A stretch of 64,000 nucleotides of DNA from Candidatus Omnitrophota bacterium (GTDB lineage Bacteria; Omnitrophota; Omnitrophia; Omnitrophales; Aquincolibacteriaceae): positions 64,984 to 128,983 of the forward strand of contig JAKLIQ010000002.1 in the NCBI GenBank assembly GCA_022709525.1, given 5' to 3'. A program made the translations under genes and the position numbers. Numbering within the stretch: position 1 is the stretch's first letter; every line of letters starts with the position of its first letter. The notes beneath the pieces are model-generated. The model was not told where the DNA came from. It saw only the letters and a list, made by a program, of their open reading frames with translations, and ran no database searches. This document shows positions 9,593-19,134 of the stretch, one piece after another.

Positions 9593-10383
9593 ACTCCGTG
9601 CACGGCCTGCGACATTTTTTTGATAAAACGTTCAGCCGCAGGGATCCCGCGTTTCAGATGCTCGATCACGGCGCTGCCGACGATCACGCCGTCGGCCATC
9701 CGGGAAATATCCGCCGCCTGCTTCGGCGTCGAGATCCCGAACCCCGCCAGAACGGGTTTCTTGGTCATGCGCCTTAATTTGGCAAGATGGGCTTTTAGAT
9801 CGGACGGAAGCGCTTTCCTTGCGCCGGTCACGCCGCGAAGCGAGACATAATAGACGAATCCCTGGGATCTTTGTACAAGCATCTTTGCTCGCTTATCCGA
9901 TGTGGTAGGCGCCACAAGCTCTATCCGCCGAAGCTTACGCTTCCTGCATTCTTTCTGGAACGCCTGCTCCTCTTCAGGCGGGAGATCAGGAATGATCAAA
10001 CCGCCAAAACCCGCTTTTTTCGCATCGCGCGCGAAATCTTTCGCGCCATACGAACACACCGGATTGAAGTAACCAAAAAAAACAACCGGCATTTTGCATC
10101 CCTTCGCGCGCAGTTTCGATACGAGCCGGAATCCGTCATGGATATTCACGTTCTTTTGCAGCGCTTTTTCGGAGGAAAACTGGATCGTCGGCCCGTCGGC
10201 AAGCGGGTCCGAGAACGGGAATCCAAGTTCCAGAATATCGACGCCGGAACGCTCCGCGGAAAAGATCAAACGCTCCGTCGCGGGCAAACTCGGATATCCT
10301 AAAGTCAGAAAAACGCAAAAGAGCTTTGCTTTTTTTCGTTTGGCCTGACTGATCTTTTGAGTTAAGAAATCTATGGTAGCCAT
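9589..10383 (-). CDS. trpA: Tryptophan synthase alpha chain
   Basis: 264 aa; LGYPSL...ILELGFPFSDPLADGPTIQ signature; overlaps trpB stop. Confidence 0.9.
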   Translation of the reverse strand: MATIDFLTQKISQAKRKKAKLFCVFLTLGYPSLPATERLIFSAERSGVDILELGFPFSDPLADGPTIQFSSEKALQKNVNIHDGFRLVSKLRAKGCKMPVVFFGYFNPVCSYGAKDFARDAKKAGFGGLIIPDLPPEEEQAFQKECRKRKLRRIELVAPTTSDKRAKMLVQRSQGFVYYVSLRGVTGARKALPSDLKAHLAKLRRMTKKPVLAGFGISTPKQAADISRMADGVIVGSAVIEHLKRGIPAAERFIKKMSQAVHGV

Positions 10384-10384
10384 A

Positions 10385-11572
10385 TCAAACCTTTAAGTGT
10401 TCCTGGACCGTCCCCATGTCCTTGTCGCCGCGACCGGAGAGACAAATAATCACGATATCGTTCCGTTTTGTTTTCGGCATAAGTTTCGGAAGATAACCCA
10501 CGGCATGGGCCGGTTCCAGGGCTGGCATGATCCCCTCAAGCTTCGTCAGTAATTCGAAACCCCTGAGCGCTTCACGGTCCGTCACGGCTTGATAAATAAC
10601 ACGTCCCGAATCTTTTAAATACGAATGTTCCGGGCCTACCGAGGGGTAATCCAATCCCGCCGAGATCGAATGAGCCAGCAAGACCTGGCCGTTTTTATCC
10701 TGCAGAAGGTAGCTTTTCATACCGTGCAAAACGCCCGGCCGTCCTTTTGTGATCGACGCCGCGTGATGATGGGTATGGACCCCTTCGCCGGCCGCTTCAA
10801 TGCCGACCATACGTACATTCCGGTCTTTCAAAAATGGGTGAAAAATTCCCATGGAATTGCTGCCGCCGCCCACGCAGGCCATGAGATATGCGGGAAGGCG
10901 CCCGGTCAATTTCAAGATCTGATGGCGGGTCTCGTTCCCGATCACGGATTGGAATTCTCGGACCATTGCGGGATAAGGATGCGGACCCACGACCGAACCC
11001 AGAAGATAATGCGTGTCTTCGACGTTCGTCACCCAATCGCGAATCGCTTCATTTGTGGCGTCCTTAAGGGTCTTGGACCCTGAATGGACAGGCCGCACTT
11101 CCGCGCCGAGCAGTCGCATCTTGTAAACATTAAGCGCCTGACGCTCCATATCGACGGCGCCCATATAAACAACACATTTCAATCCGAAAACGCAAGCCGC
11201 GGTCGCCGAAGCGACGCCATGCTGCCCCGCGCCGGTCTCGGCCACGATGCGTTTTTTGCCGAGCCGCTTGGCGAGAAGCCCTTGCGCGAGCGTATTATTG
11301 ATCTTATGAGCGCCGGTATGAAGAAGATCCTCCCGCTTAAGAAAGATCCTTCCGCAGCCAAAGTGCGAAGAAAGGTTCTTTGCCTCATAAAGCGGCGTCG
11401 GGCGTCCGGCATACGCGCCGAGATAGTAACGCAACTCTTCATTAAATTTTTTATCCTTTTTGACAGCTTGAAAAGCCGCAGCCAACTCCTCGCATGCCTT
11501 CACGAGCGTTTCAGGAATGTAACGCCCTCCGTAGGGACCAAAATGACCTTTTGCATCCGGAAGTTTTTTCAT
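10385..11572 (-). CDS. trpB: Tryptophan synthase beta chain
   Basis: 395 aa; PLP-lysine region [19 protein letters not shown] glycine-rich loop. Confidence 0.95.
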   Translation of the reverse strand: MKKLPDAKGHFGPYGGRYIPETLVKACEELAAAFQAVKKDKKFNEELRYYLGAYAGRPTPLYEAKNLSSHFGCGRIFLKREDLLHTGAHKINNTLAQGLLAKRLGKKRIVAETGAGQHGVASATAACVFGLKCVVYMGAVDMERQALNVYKMRLLGAEVRPVHSGSKTLKDATNEAIRDWVTNVEDTHYLLGSVVGPHPYPAMVREFQSVIGNETRHQILKLTGRLPAYLMACVGGGSNSMGIFHPFLKDRNVRMVGIEAAGEGVHTHHHAASITKGRPGVLHGMKSYLLQDKNGQVLLAHSISAGLDYPSVGPEHSYLKDSGRVIYQAVTDREALRGFELLTKLEGIMPALEPAHAVGYLPKLMPKTKRNDIVIICLSGRGDKDMGTVQEHLKV

Positions 11573-12324
11573 ATTTTTACCTCAGCAATGTCGGAATCCT
11601 TGACCCAACCGCTTTCACCGTTCGTCAGAAGCACGCGGCTCCAATCCTCGCGCCGGTCAACCACAAAAACCTTGATCCCCTCGCCCATACGGAACGCGAC
11701 CTGGTCGTGTTCCGAGGGGCCGTAGCGCGCCTCACACTCTTTTTGCATCACCACGGCATCGCGCAGAAGATTATCCTGCGCCTGTTTTCCAAAAACAACA
11801 AGACCGGCGATTAGAAGGATCATGAAAAGGAACCGGCGCCAAAAACTCCAAAAAACCCCGCGCCCTCTCAAAAAGAAAAGGATCCCTCCCGCGAGAAAAA
11901 TAAAAAGCGTGGCTAAGGCGACCGTGTTCACTTCCTGCTCCGTCATGGACCTTAGCACCGCCCCCGTGGCTTTTATGTACCAGTTCCGCGTATCCTCCAC
12001 GCGGTACTCCAGAAGACCTCGCGCGTAATTGAGATTCGCGCGGATATCGGCGTTCCGGGGATCCAAGAGGAGGGCTTTTTCATAATTCAAAATAGCTTTG
12101 CTTAAAGCCCCGAGTCTGACATAGGCGTTGCCAAGATTATAATAAAACACGGCGCGGCGCGGTTCTTGAGCGATTAGAGATTCATAAAGCTCGGAGGCCT
12201 TCGCATAATCGCCGGTCCGATAGCTTGTATTCGCTTCCTGAAAGGTCTTGGGGAGATCCGCCGCAACGCAAAAGGAAGGCCCGACGCACAGCGCGATCAG
12301 GAAAAATAAAACAAAGCGTCTCAT
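11569..12324 (-). CDS. BatE-like protein: TPR repeats + TM + C-terminal SH3b domain
   Basis: 251 aa; signal peptide, TPR ([32 protein letters not shown]), central TM, C-terminal SH3-like ([28 protein letters not shown]); sits right after batD as in Bacteroides aerotolerance operons. Confidence 0.6.
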   Translation of the reverse strand: MRRFVLFFLIALCVGPSFCVAADLPKTFQEANTSYRTGDYAKASELYESLIAQEPRRAVFYYNLGNAYVRLGALSKAILNYEKALLLDPRNADIRANLNYARGLLEYRVEDTRNWYIKATGAVLRSMTEQEVNTVALATLFIFLAGGILFFLRGRGVFWSFWRRFLFMILLIAGLVVFGKQAQDNLLRDAVVMQKECEARYGPSEHDQVAFRMGEGIKVFVVDRREDWSRVLLTNGESGWVKDSDIAEVKI

Positions 12325-14225
12325 TTTCGCATCCTCTCGATCCGGTTCACCGCATCCTCGAAGATCTTCAGGCCGATCTTCTTGGAAGCGGCGGGGATCG
12401 ACCCCTTGCCGAACCTGGATTCATCACAAAGCCGGAAAAGTTCTAGGACATCTTGCAGGTGCGCGTCACCTGCGCCAAAATGGGCGGTGAGCGTTTCCTC
12501 GAGGTCCCGCCGCGTGACTCCATAGGTTGAAAAATTCCATTTGTCGGCAATGTATTGAGTCATGGCTTTTTCAAGTTCCACGAAAAAGAGCGCCACGTCC
12601 TCCTCTTTGGAAGAACGGGCGAGCTTTTTAAGCCGGCTCATATTAGCCATTGCGGTCGATCGTGCCGTTTTTCGGCGCCGCAACGCCTCGTCTTTGGAGA
12701 AAAGCCGGTCCTGGCGATCTTTCATCCAAAGCGCGATCAGCAGGATAAAAAGAAGGGCATTCCCCCACAAAAGCGCCTTGTAGACGGTGTCGCTAGTTCT
12801 CATTTTGGAAATATCGGGAAGTTTCTCGTTGATATAGCGAATGTCTTTTCCTTCCGATTTGACCCTTTTCTGAAAAATGGAATTTCCCGCCAGTTCCTGC
12901 GGCATCTGGAACGCCTGGTCCGAATGCTCGACTTCCACGGGAAAGTTCGGCGTCCTCAGGGTCACGTATTTCCGTTGCCTCGGATCAAAATAACTGAACT
13001 CCAGCGGAGGAATGAACGATTTCCCCTCGTCCTTGGGAATAAAAACCACTTCAAAGCTTTTGGTGCCGCCGATCACGTTGTCCGTCTGGAAAAGCTTGGA
13101 ATTGGTGTCCGCGTCATAGGTCTTGAAGCCCGTAAGCGCGGGGACTTTCGGACGCGTCAGCGTCTCGATATTCCCGTCCCCCTCAATGATCATCTTAAGC
13201 GTGATGGGTTCATTCTGCTTAACCTTGTCTTTATCGATCAGGGCCGTCATGCGAAAAGAACCGACCGCGCCCTGAAAGCTGGCGGGCTTCCTCTCTTCGG
13301 GCAATGGTTTCACGGTAAGCTGGATGGGCGGCGGCTCAAGCAAACGATTTTGACGGCGCGCGAAAAAAGACCCTCCCGTAAAAAAGCTGTCGCTAAAGAA
13401 TTCATCGAAAGCGCTCGAGCCCTGGGGTTCTTCACGGATCGAGACTTTAAGACTCCCTGGCTTGATGGTGTAGTTACCGGGTGCCGTGGGAAATAGCGCG
13501 AGTTTTTTCACATCGGCTTTCACATAACGTTTGCCGTTCGTGCGGACGGTCTCCCGGGGCACATCCCGGTCCATCGGGAATTCTTCGATCCAGAATCCGC
13601 TTGTCTCGGGCTCGCGTTCAAAACCTTCGTAGCGTGTATCGTATCTGGTAAAAAGCGTGTAGGTTAAAAGCACCTGTTCGTTTTGATAGGCCTCTTTTTT
13701 GTCCAATCCGGCCTGTACAAAAATATTGTCATCCGTCCCAGGCGAGACCGTGTAATTCTGATCATTTCCCGTCCGCATGGGTGCCGGCGCTTGCATCGCT
13801 GGAACGGTTTGCGGAGAAGGCTGGGTTCTTGCGGGTTGCGCCTGACCTCCGATCACTTCGATCTCGAGAGGTTCCGTGCGCAGGACATTCTGACCGACTT
13901 GGACATCTACGGAGTTGATGGTAAAGCGTCCGGCGCGCTGTGGGATAAGTGTGTAACTGAACTCCACATTCGATGAGGAAACTCCGTTCACAAAAGCGAT
14001 ATGTGAGGCCCTCCCTGTGTAATAGGCCTCAAACCCATCCAAGGCGGGAAGTCGCGGGGCCTGCAAATTCATGGTCTGGCCCGTCACGCGGATATTGAGC
14101 CGGAGATCTTCCCCGACTTGGACTGAGCGCTTATTCAGGCTCGCGGAGACACGAACCTCCTCTGCATCCAGGCGAGGAGCAAAAGCACACCCCAAAACAG
14201 CTAAAATGAAAAGGATTTTTCTCAT
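12321..14225 (-). CDS. BatD-like membrane-anchored protein (oxygen-tolerance family)
   Basis: 634 aa; signal peptide, large extracytoplasmic region, single C-proximal TM (LLWGNALLFILLIALWM) and cytoplasmic tail; architecture and size of BatD; followed by the BatE-like gene. Confidence 0.6.
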   Translation of the reverse strand: MRKILFILAVLGCAFAPRLDAEEVRVSASLNKRSVQVGEDLRLNIRVTGQTMNLQAPRLPALDGFEAYYTGRASHIAFVNGVSSSNVEFSYTLIPQRAGRFTINSVDVQVGQNVLRTEPLEIEVIGGQAQPARTQPSPQTVPAMQAPAPMRTGNDQNYTVSPGTDDNIFVQAGLDKKEAYQNEQVLLTYTLFTRYDTRYEGFEREPETSGFWIEEFPMDRDVPRETVRTNGKRYVKADVKKLALFPTAPGNYTIKPGSLKVSIREEPQGSSAFDEFFSDSFFTGGSFFARRQNRLLEPPPIQLTVKPLPEERKPASFQGAVGSFRMTALIDKDKVKQNEPITLKMIIEGDGNIETLTRPKVPALTGFKTYDADTNSKLFQTDNVIGGTKSFEVVFIPKDEGKSFIPPLEFSYFDPRQRKYVTLRTPNFPVEVEHSDQAFQMPQELAGNSIFQKRVKSEGKDIRYINEKLPDISKMRTSDTVYKALLWGNALLFILLIALWMKDRQDRLFSKDEALRRRKTARSTAMANMSRLKKLARSSKEEDVALFFVELEKAMTQYIADKWNFSTYGVTRRDLEETLTAHFGAGDAHLQDVLELFRLCDESRFGKGSIPAASKKIGLKIFEDAVNRIERMRK

Positions 14226-14258
14226 GTCAGGGTCATCGAAAGGAGCATTCTATAGGAT

Positions 14259-15218
14259 TCATAACACAATTTCAAACAACGAGTTAAGCGCGGAACGCTC
14301 CCTGGAAAGTTTCTGAAGAAGACGATCGAGCGCTTCGGGGTCTTTCACTCTGGCATGAAGCTCGAAACCCGGCTCTTCGAAGCCTTGAACGGGCTCCAGA
14401 CGTATTTCTTTGGCATCACGAAGCATCGCTGCCCGCTTTTCCTCAAATTTTTCGAGATAGCGGGAATATCCTGGAAAACGAAGCGCTTTAACCCTGGCAA
14501 AAAACCGGTCGGCCTTCGCCCGGCCATCCATACCGGAAACACCCAAGCCCTTCAGAACTTGGTTTTTTTCAAGTAAAGCTTGAAGGCTTTTCCCGGTTCG
14601 CCTCATGAGATCTGAAAGCCACTCCCCGGCCTGAAGAAACTGCGAGCTCGTTAATTTCACTTTACTGGAAACTTTCGTGGCGAGATAGTCCTGATCTTTT
14701 GGCGAGAATTTAACGAGAGAGGCCGCGGCACGCAACGGCAACTGCCCGGCTTCCATGAGGTCTTTAAGCGAATGGGGAAAACGATCGATCTTCAGATAAA
14801 GCTCCCACAAGGATTTCTCTTGCGGCAGGCCGAGCAGAGGCATGATCGTCGAAAGGATCTCTTTTTCTTTAAATCCGAACTTACGGGCGGCCATCCCGAG
14901 CGCTTTCGCGCGATCCGGATCGGAACATCCTTGCTTCCAATTAGAGACGAGGTTAAGAAGAAAAGCATCGCGCGGTTTTAACTTCGCCGCAACTATGGCG
15001 GGCATTTCCTTTATTTTGAACAAACGCGCCGCAACAAAACGCCTGTGACCGGTGATGAGGAGCGGCCGTTTATTGCCCGTGATGATGACGGGCAATAGAA
15101 CGCCGGACCGTTTTATGGAATTTTTTAGCGCGTCATCGGAAAGACAATGCCTGAAACAATAGGGCATCGACCCGGCGACCCTGGCCACCGCTATGCGTTG
15201 GGGATCGTGGCAAGCCAT
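14259..15218 (-). CDS. ParB/Srx-like N-terminal domain protein
   Basis: 319 aa; LLITGHRRFVAARL matches the ParB-Nterm/sulfiredoxin GxRR arginine-finger motif; no canonical ParB HTH recognised. Confidence 0.55.
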   Translation of the reverse strand: MACHDPQRIAVARVAGSMPYCFRHCLSDDALKNSIKRSGVLLPVIITGNKRPLLITGHRRFVAARLFKIKEMPAIVAAKLKPRDAFLLNLVSNWKQGCSDPDRAKALGMAARKFGFKEKEILSTIMPLLGLPQEKSLWELYLKIDRFPHSLKDLMEAGQLPLRAAASLVKFSPKDQDYLATKVSSKVKLTSSQFLQAGEWLSDLMRRTGKSLQALLEKNQVLKGLGVSGMDGRAKADRFFARVKALRFPGYSRYLEKFEEKRAAMLRDAKEIRLEPVQGFEEPGFELHARVKDPEALDRLLQKLSRERSALNSLFEIVL

Positions 15219-16318
15219 TCTTTCTCCAATTGAGAGGGAGAGACCCCAAGCGTTTCTTCGATCGCCTGTTCGGCGGGCTTCCCCTCCTTAAACTTCACGA
15301 GAAGCTCTTTCATGCGGTACATTTGGAACCGCTCGACCATGTAGCGGACAAGCTCAAAAGACTCCTGGTAAAAAAGAGCGGCCTCAAACGGGTCCATTTT
15401 GTCCAGCTTAAGATCCTCGGAAAGCAAGCGGCTCATCGGAATAAGCGTTTTGGTACGGACCGCCGCGTCAAAGATCGTCGTGTTCACCGGAAGGACCTTG
15501 TTCTGCTCGTATTGAGCCAATCCTTCGTGAAGCCACGCGGGAGCGCGCATGCCGCTTAGGGATGCCACAAAAGCGTGGGTCATTTCGTGTGTCGCGGCTG
15601 CGCGAAGCTCTCTTTCGTTAAAGCCCTGCCTGTAGGCCGGTAGCCTTATTTTTCCGTCATAAAGCCCGCCCACCCAACCGGCTTGTCCCGTGACATCATG
15701 GAATTCCGTCCCCTGGTAAAAAAGCACTGTGGTCTTATGATTGAAGTAGTGCCCGAAATCCTGGGAGATCTGGCGGTAAACCTCACGCAGGAGATTCTTC
15801 AGCCAATAGCCTTCGTAGCCCTGCTCCCCTTTGCGGTATTTGATAATGAAATGCTCCTCGTCGTAAGTATCAAGGTTTTTTTCAACCGCGTGTTCTTTTT
15901 GAAGCTTTTCGATCTTCTGACGCAAACGCTGGGAAGGATTGATGAGATAGCTTTGCTTGTAGTAGTTTTCCGCTTTTTCAAAATTCTGCTGAAGATTCTC
16001 GATCTCGCCTAAAAGCTCGAGCGCTAAAGCGTTCCGGGGATCCAGTTGCAGCGAGTCGTTAAGCGCCTGACGGGCTAATTCGAACTCATTTTTTTCATAA
16101 AATTTGACGGCGTCATTATAAAGCTCGATCGCCATGGGAGCGACCGGCGCGCTCCCGCCTTTGCCGGCATAGAATCTTTCGATCTCGATCTTCTGACGGC
16201 GTTCCACATCCTCCTTGCCCCGGTCGTTTTCTTCGGTGGCCGCAAACGACAGGATTCCGCCGCAGGATAAAAACGCGACTGCCAAACAAAGAAAGATTTT
16301 TAAATTTTTATTTTTCAT
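15191..16318 (-). CDS. Lipoprotein with TPR repeats and peptidase-MA-like (HExxH...WLxEGLAxY) domain
   Basis: Best start MKNKNLKIFLCLAVAFLSCGG (lipobox LSC) at ~16318; TPR (YNDAVKFYEKNEFELARQALNDSLQLDP); HEMTHAFV...WLHEGLAQYEQ resembles Peptidase_MA_2. Confidence 0.6.
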   Translation of the reverse strand: MKNKNLKIFLCLAVAFLSCGGILSFAATEENDRGKEDVERRQKIEIERFYAGKGGSAPVAPMAIELYNDAVKFYEKNEFELARQALNDSLQLDPRNALALELLGEIENLQQNFEKAENYYKQSYLINPSQRLRQKIEKLQKEHAVEKNLDTYDEEHFIIKYRKGEQGYEGYWLKNLLREVYRQISQDFGHYFNHKTTVLFYQGTEFHDVTGQAGWVGGLYDGKIRLPAYRQGFNERELRAAATHEMTHAFVASLSGMRAPAWLHEGLAQYEQNKVLPVNTTIFDAAVRTKTLIPMSRLLSEDLKLDKMDPFEAALFYQESFELVRYMVERFQMYRMKELLVKFKEGKPAEQAIEETLGVSPSQLEKEWLATIPNA

Positions 16319-17423
16319 CTGACTTCCAATCCTTGGCCATCCCGATCCTCCTCCCGATCGAAGGATGATCGTAAAAAAGCCATTCATACCAAGCGGGCGG
16401 TTCCGGGTCCGCAAGATTCTGCTCTCCAAGCTTGCTCATACAGGAAATAAAAACATCCCGGTCCCCCAACGCCTTCAGGGCAAAAATATCCGCGGCGCGT
16501 TCCCGCCGGCGCGAATAACCGCTTGTAAGCGGCGTTAAAACAAGATTAACGATATAAAAGATCAGAAAAAGAAGCGGTAAGCCGGCGATATCGGCGGCTG
16601 AACTTAAACCGAGCCATGCGACCGAACGGTTCATGCCCCAGAAACCGGCCGCAAAAGCGAGGAGCGAAGCGAAAAGCCCGAACGCCAAAAGCCGCCATAC
16701 ATCATGATGTTTATAATGGCCCAGTTCGTGAGCCACCACCACCTCGATCTCGGGATGCGTAAAACCGCTGATGAGCGTATCGCTTAAAACGATCCGTTTG
16801 GTCTTCCCGATCCCCATGAACGCCGCATTGGCCTTTTTTGTCGTCTTGCTCAAATTGATCGAATAAACATTCCCGACCGGCATATCAAACCGTGCCGCGA
16901 GCTTCAAAACCTTACCCTCTAATTCCTTATCTTCAAGCTTACCATACTTGTAGAAAAGCGGTACGATCAGGACCGGAAAAACCTTGCCCAGGATATAGCT
17001 GACGAAGGCATAGGCCGCCCACGCCCAAAGCCACCATCGCAGCGGTTCGGCCCGGATGATCCAATAAAGGCATTCCAAAAGCGCAAGCGACAAGACAAAC
17101 GAAAGCAGCGTTTTCTTGGCGGTGTCCCAAAGCCACGCGGCGAAAGATTGGTTTGAAAGACCGAACCTATGCTCGAGGATAAAGCCCGAATAGAAAGAAA
17201 GCGGCAGATCGAAGATCAGGAAAAAAAGCGAGAAAAGAACAAAATAAACCGCCACGACCCTCCATTCGCTTGAACCGGTCAGCGCGACGGCGTTCTGCCG
17301 CATCAAAAATGTCCATCCGCTTGCGACGAGGATCACCAGAAGCGCGGGGGTCAGCGCGAGATGAAAAAGCGTCAGGCGCCTGCGGATCGCCTGATATTCT
17401 CTTGCCTTATCTTTATGCTCCAT
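16308..17423 (-). CDS. M48 family (Ste24/HtpX-like) zinc metalloprotease
   Basis: 371 aa; multiple TMs then HELGHYKHHD (HExxH) and downstream Glu; typical M48 topology. Confidence 0.85.
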   Translation of the reverse strand: MEHKDKAREYQAIRRRLTLFHLALTPALLVILVASGWTFLMRQNAVALTGSSEWRVVAVYFVLFSLFFLIFDLPLSFYSGFILEHRFGLSNQSFAAWLWDTAKKTLLSFVLSLALLECLYWIIRAEPLRWWLWAWAAYAFVSYILGKVFPVLIVPLFYKYGKLEDKELEGKVLKLAARFDMPVGNVYSINLSKTTKKANAAFMGIGKTKRIVLSDTLISGFTHPEIEVVVAHELGHYKHHDVWRLLAFGLFASLLAFAAGFWGMNRSVAWLGLSSAADIAGLPLLFLIFYIVNLVLTPLTSGYSRRRERAADIFALKALGDRDVFISCMSKLGEQNLADPEPPAWYEWLFYDHPSIGRRIGMAKDWKSDEK

Positions 17424-17502
17424 AATTCCTCTTCAGGACTTTGCGCCGAATTCCGTAAGCACGCCTAAATGATCCGACGGCCAAATGCCGTCACGCGGCT
17501 CA

Positions 17503-18288
17503 TCAAAAAACAACACGGGAAGACAGGATCTTTGCAAGGGGCCCTTTCAGCTCACGGACAAAAATATAATCGATGCGCCGCTCCGCCATTTTGTCGCGTT
17601 CGGCTTCCGCGTAGGAATTTCGGTAATCCCAGGTAAGCCCGCGCTTATCCGGATTTCGCACTCCAAACGTATCGACCCATTTCTTAAGTTCCCGGAGAAA
17701 AACGATCCCCGGCGCCGGGGCCGCCATATTAAAATCCCCCAGGATCACCGCCGGAAGGTCTTTTGCTTTTTCTTCCACAAAATGAACTAATTCTTCCGTT
17801 TGCTCCATTCGGACCACGTTCTCGTCGGCTTTCCAGGAAAGATGGGTATTAAAAAGCGCGATCTCGCCGCTGCCGGTATCGACGCGGACATAAAAGGCGT
17901 AACGCAGATAATCTTCCGTCGGCGATTTGGTTTTCATGATAAGGCATGCTTGTTCGACGGGTTTGAACTTAGAAAGAAAGATCAGCCCCGAATGTTCGCC
18001 GCTCACGGCAAGATAAGGATAACCGGACCGACGCCGGATCTCTTCGGCCCATTCCATGTTAAAAACCTCCTGAAAACCCACGATGTCCGCGTCATATTCC
18101 TTAAGGCCGCGAAAGATGAGCTCCCACCGCTCCTGCCACGGGCCTTTTTCTTGCCAGGTATTAAGCGTCAGAACCTTCATCTTTTTTGATTCTCCTTCGT
18201 AGGAAAAAACCGTTTCGGATACGGCATGTTGGACGCAACATAAGCAAAAGATCGACAACCAAAAGAAACGGTTTGAAAGGCTACGCAC
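17503..18288 (-). CDS. Endonuclease/exonuclease/phosphatase (EEP) family protein, secreted
   Basis: 261 aa; signal peptide; LTLNTWQ...DADIVGFQEV N-terminal EEP motif, GDFN and C-terminal D..H. Confidence 0.75.
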   Translation of the reverse strand: MRSLSNRFFWLSIFCLCCVQHAVSETVFSYEGESKKMKVLTLNTWQEKGPWQERWELIFRGLKEYDADIVGFQEVFNMEWAEEIRRRSGYPYLAVSGEHSGLIFLSKFKPVEQACLIMKTKSPTEDYLRYAFYVRVDTGSGEIALFNTHLSWKADENVVRMEQTEELVHFVEEKAKDLPAVILGDFNMAAPAPGIVFLRELKKWVDTFGVRNPDKRGLTWDYRNSYAEAERDKMAERRIDYIFVRELKGPLAKILSSRVVF

Positions 18289-18302
18289 TTGTCCTCTGCG
18301 GG

Positions 18303-19085
18303 TTATTCGTGATGCCTTATTTTCTCAAGCCGCCCGATCATCTCATGGCGGATCTTTTCTTTCATTTCCTCCAGGGAGCTATCCCCGAGATCCGCGAGCG
18401 AAACAGGTTTGCCGATCGACACCACAAACGTGCTTTTATGCTTAATGAGCCATGATTTCTTTGGCAGCGCCTGCCCGGTCCCGTCCATCACGACCGGCAG
18501 GATCTCGACTCCGTTATCTTTCGCGAGTTTGAAAGCCCCCATCTTGAACGCGTGGATCTTTCCGTCCGGGCTCCGGGTTCCTTCGGGAAAAAGAAGCACG
18601 CTAATACCTTTCTTCAGAACGGCTGAGATCCGCTGCATGGCGCTACGGCCGCTCTTGTGGCTTGCGCGATCCACCGGAATGTAACCCGCGAGCGCCATGG
18701 CCCAACCCATAAAAGGAATGAAAAAAAGTTCGCGTTTTGCCAGGAATTTAAAATGGATCGGCAAAGCGGCGCAAGCGACCAGAATGTCGATCAGGCTTTG
18801 ATGATTCGCCACGACGATATAGCGCTTTCCTTTTTGGAGGTGCTCCCGCCCTTTCACGACCATCCGCCAGATCCCGCTGCCTCGGATGATCGCCCGCGAC
18901 CAGATGATCGAGGTCTGATGGATCTTCCATCCCGTGCCGCGGTCAAAAATAAGGGAGATCGGGAAAATGACAAAAATGTCCAGGACCGCGAAAAGGGTCG
19001 TAAAAATGCACACCACGCTCCATATCAATAGAGAATAAAAAAGGCCGTCCCAGAACCCGAACACGCGGTTTTTTAGGATTTTCAT
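18303..19085 (-). CDS. plsC: 1-acyl-sn-glycerol-3-phosphate acyltransferase
   Basis: 260 aa; N-terminal TM, HQSLID (Hx4D) and FPEGTRS motifs. Confidence 0.85.
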   Translation of the reverse strand: MKILKNRVFGFWDGLFYSLLIWSVVCIFTTLFAVLDIFVIFPISLIFDRGTGWKIHQTSIIWSRAIIRGSGIWRMVVKGREHLQKGKRYIVVANHQSLIDILVACAALPIHFKFLAKRELFFIPFMGWAMALAGYIPVDRASHKSGRSAMQRISAVLKKGISVLLFPEGTRSPDGKIHAFKMGAFKLAKDNGVEILPVVMDGTGQALPKKSWLIKHKSTFVVSIGKPVSLADLGDSSLEEMKEKIRHEMIGRLEKIRHHE

Positions 19086-19134
19086 GAGGACATTTTAACG
19101 GCCAAAATCCCCGTTGGGAATAGCTTTTTGGAAA

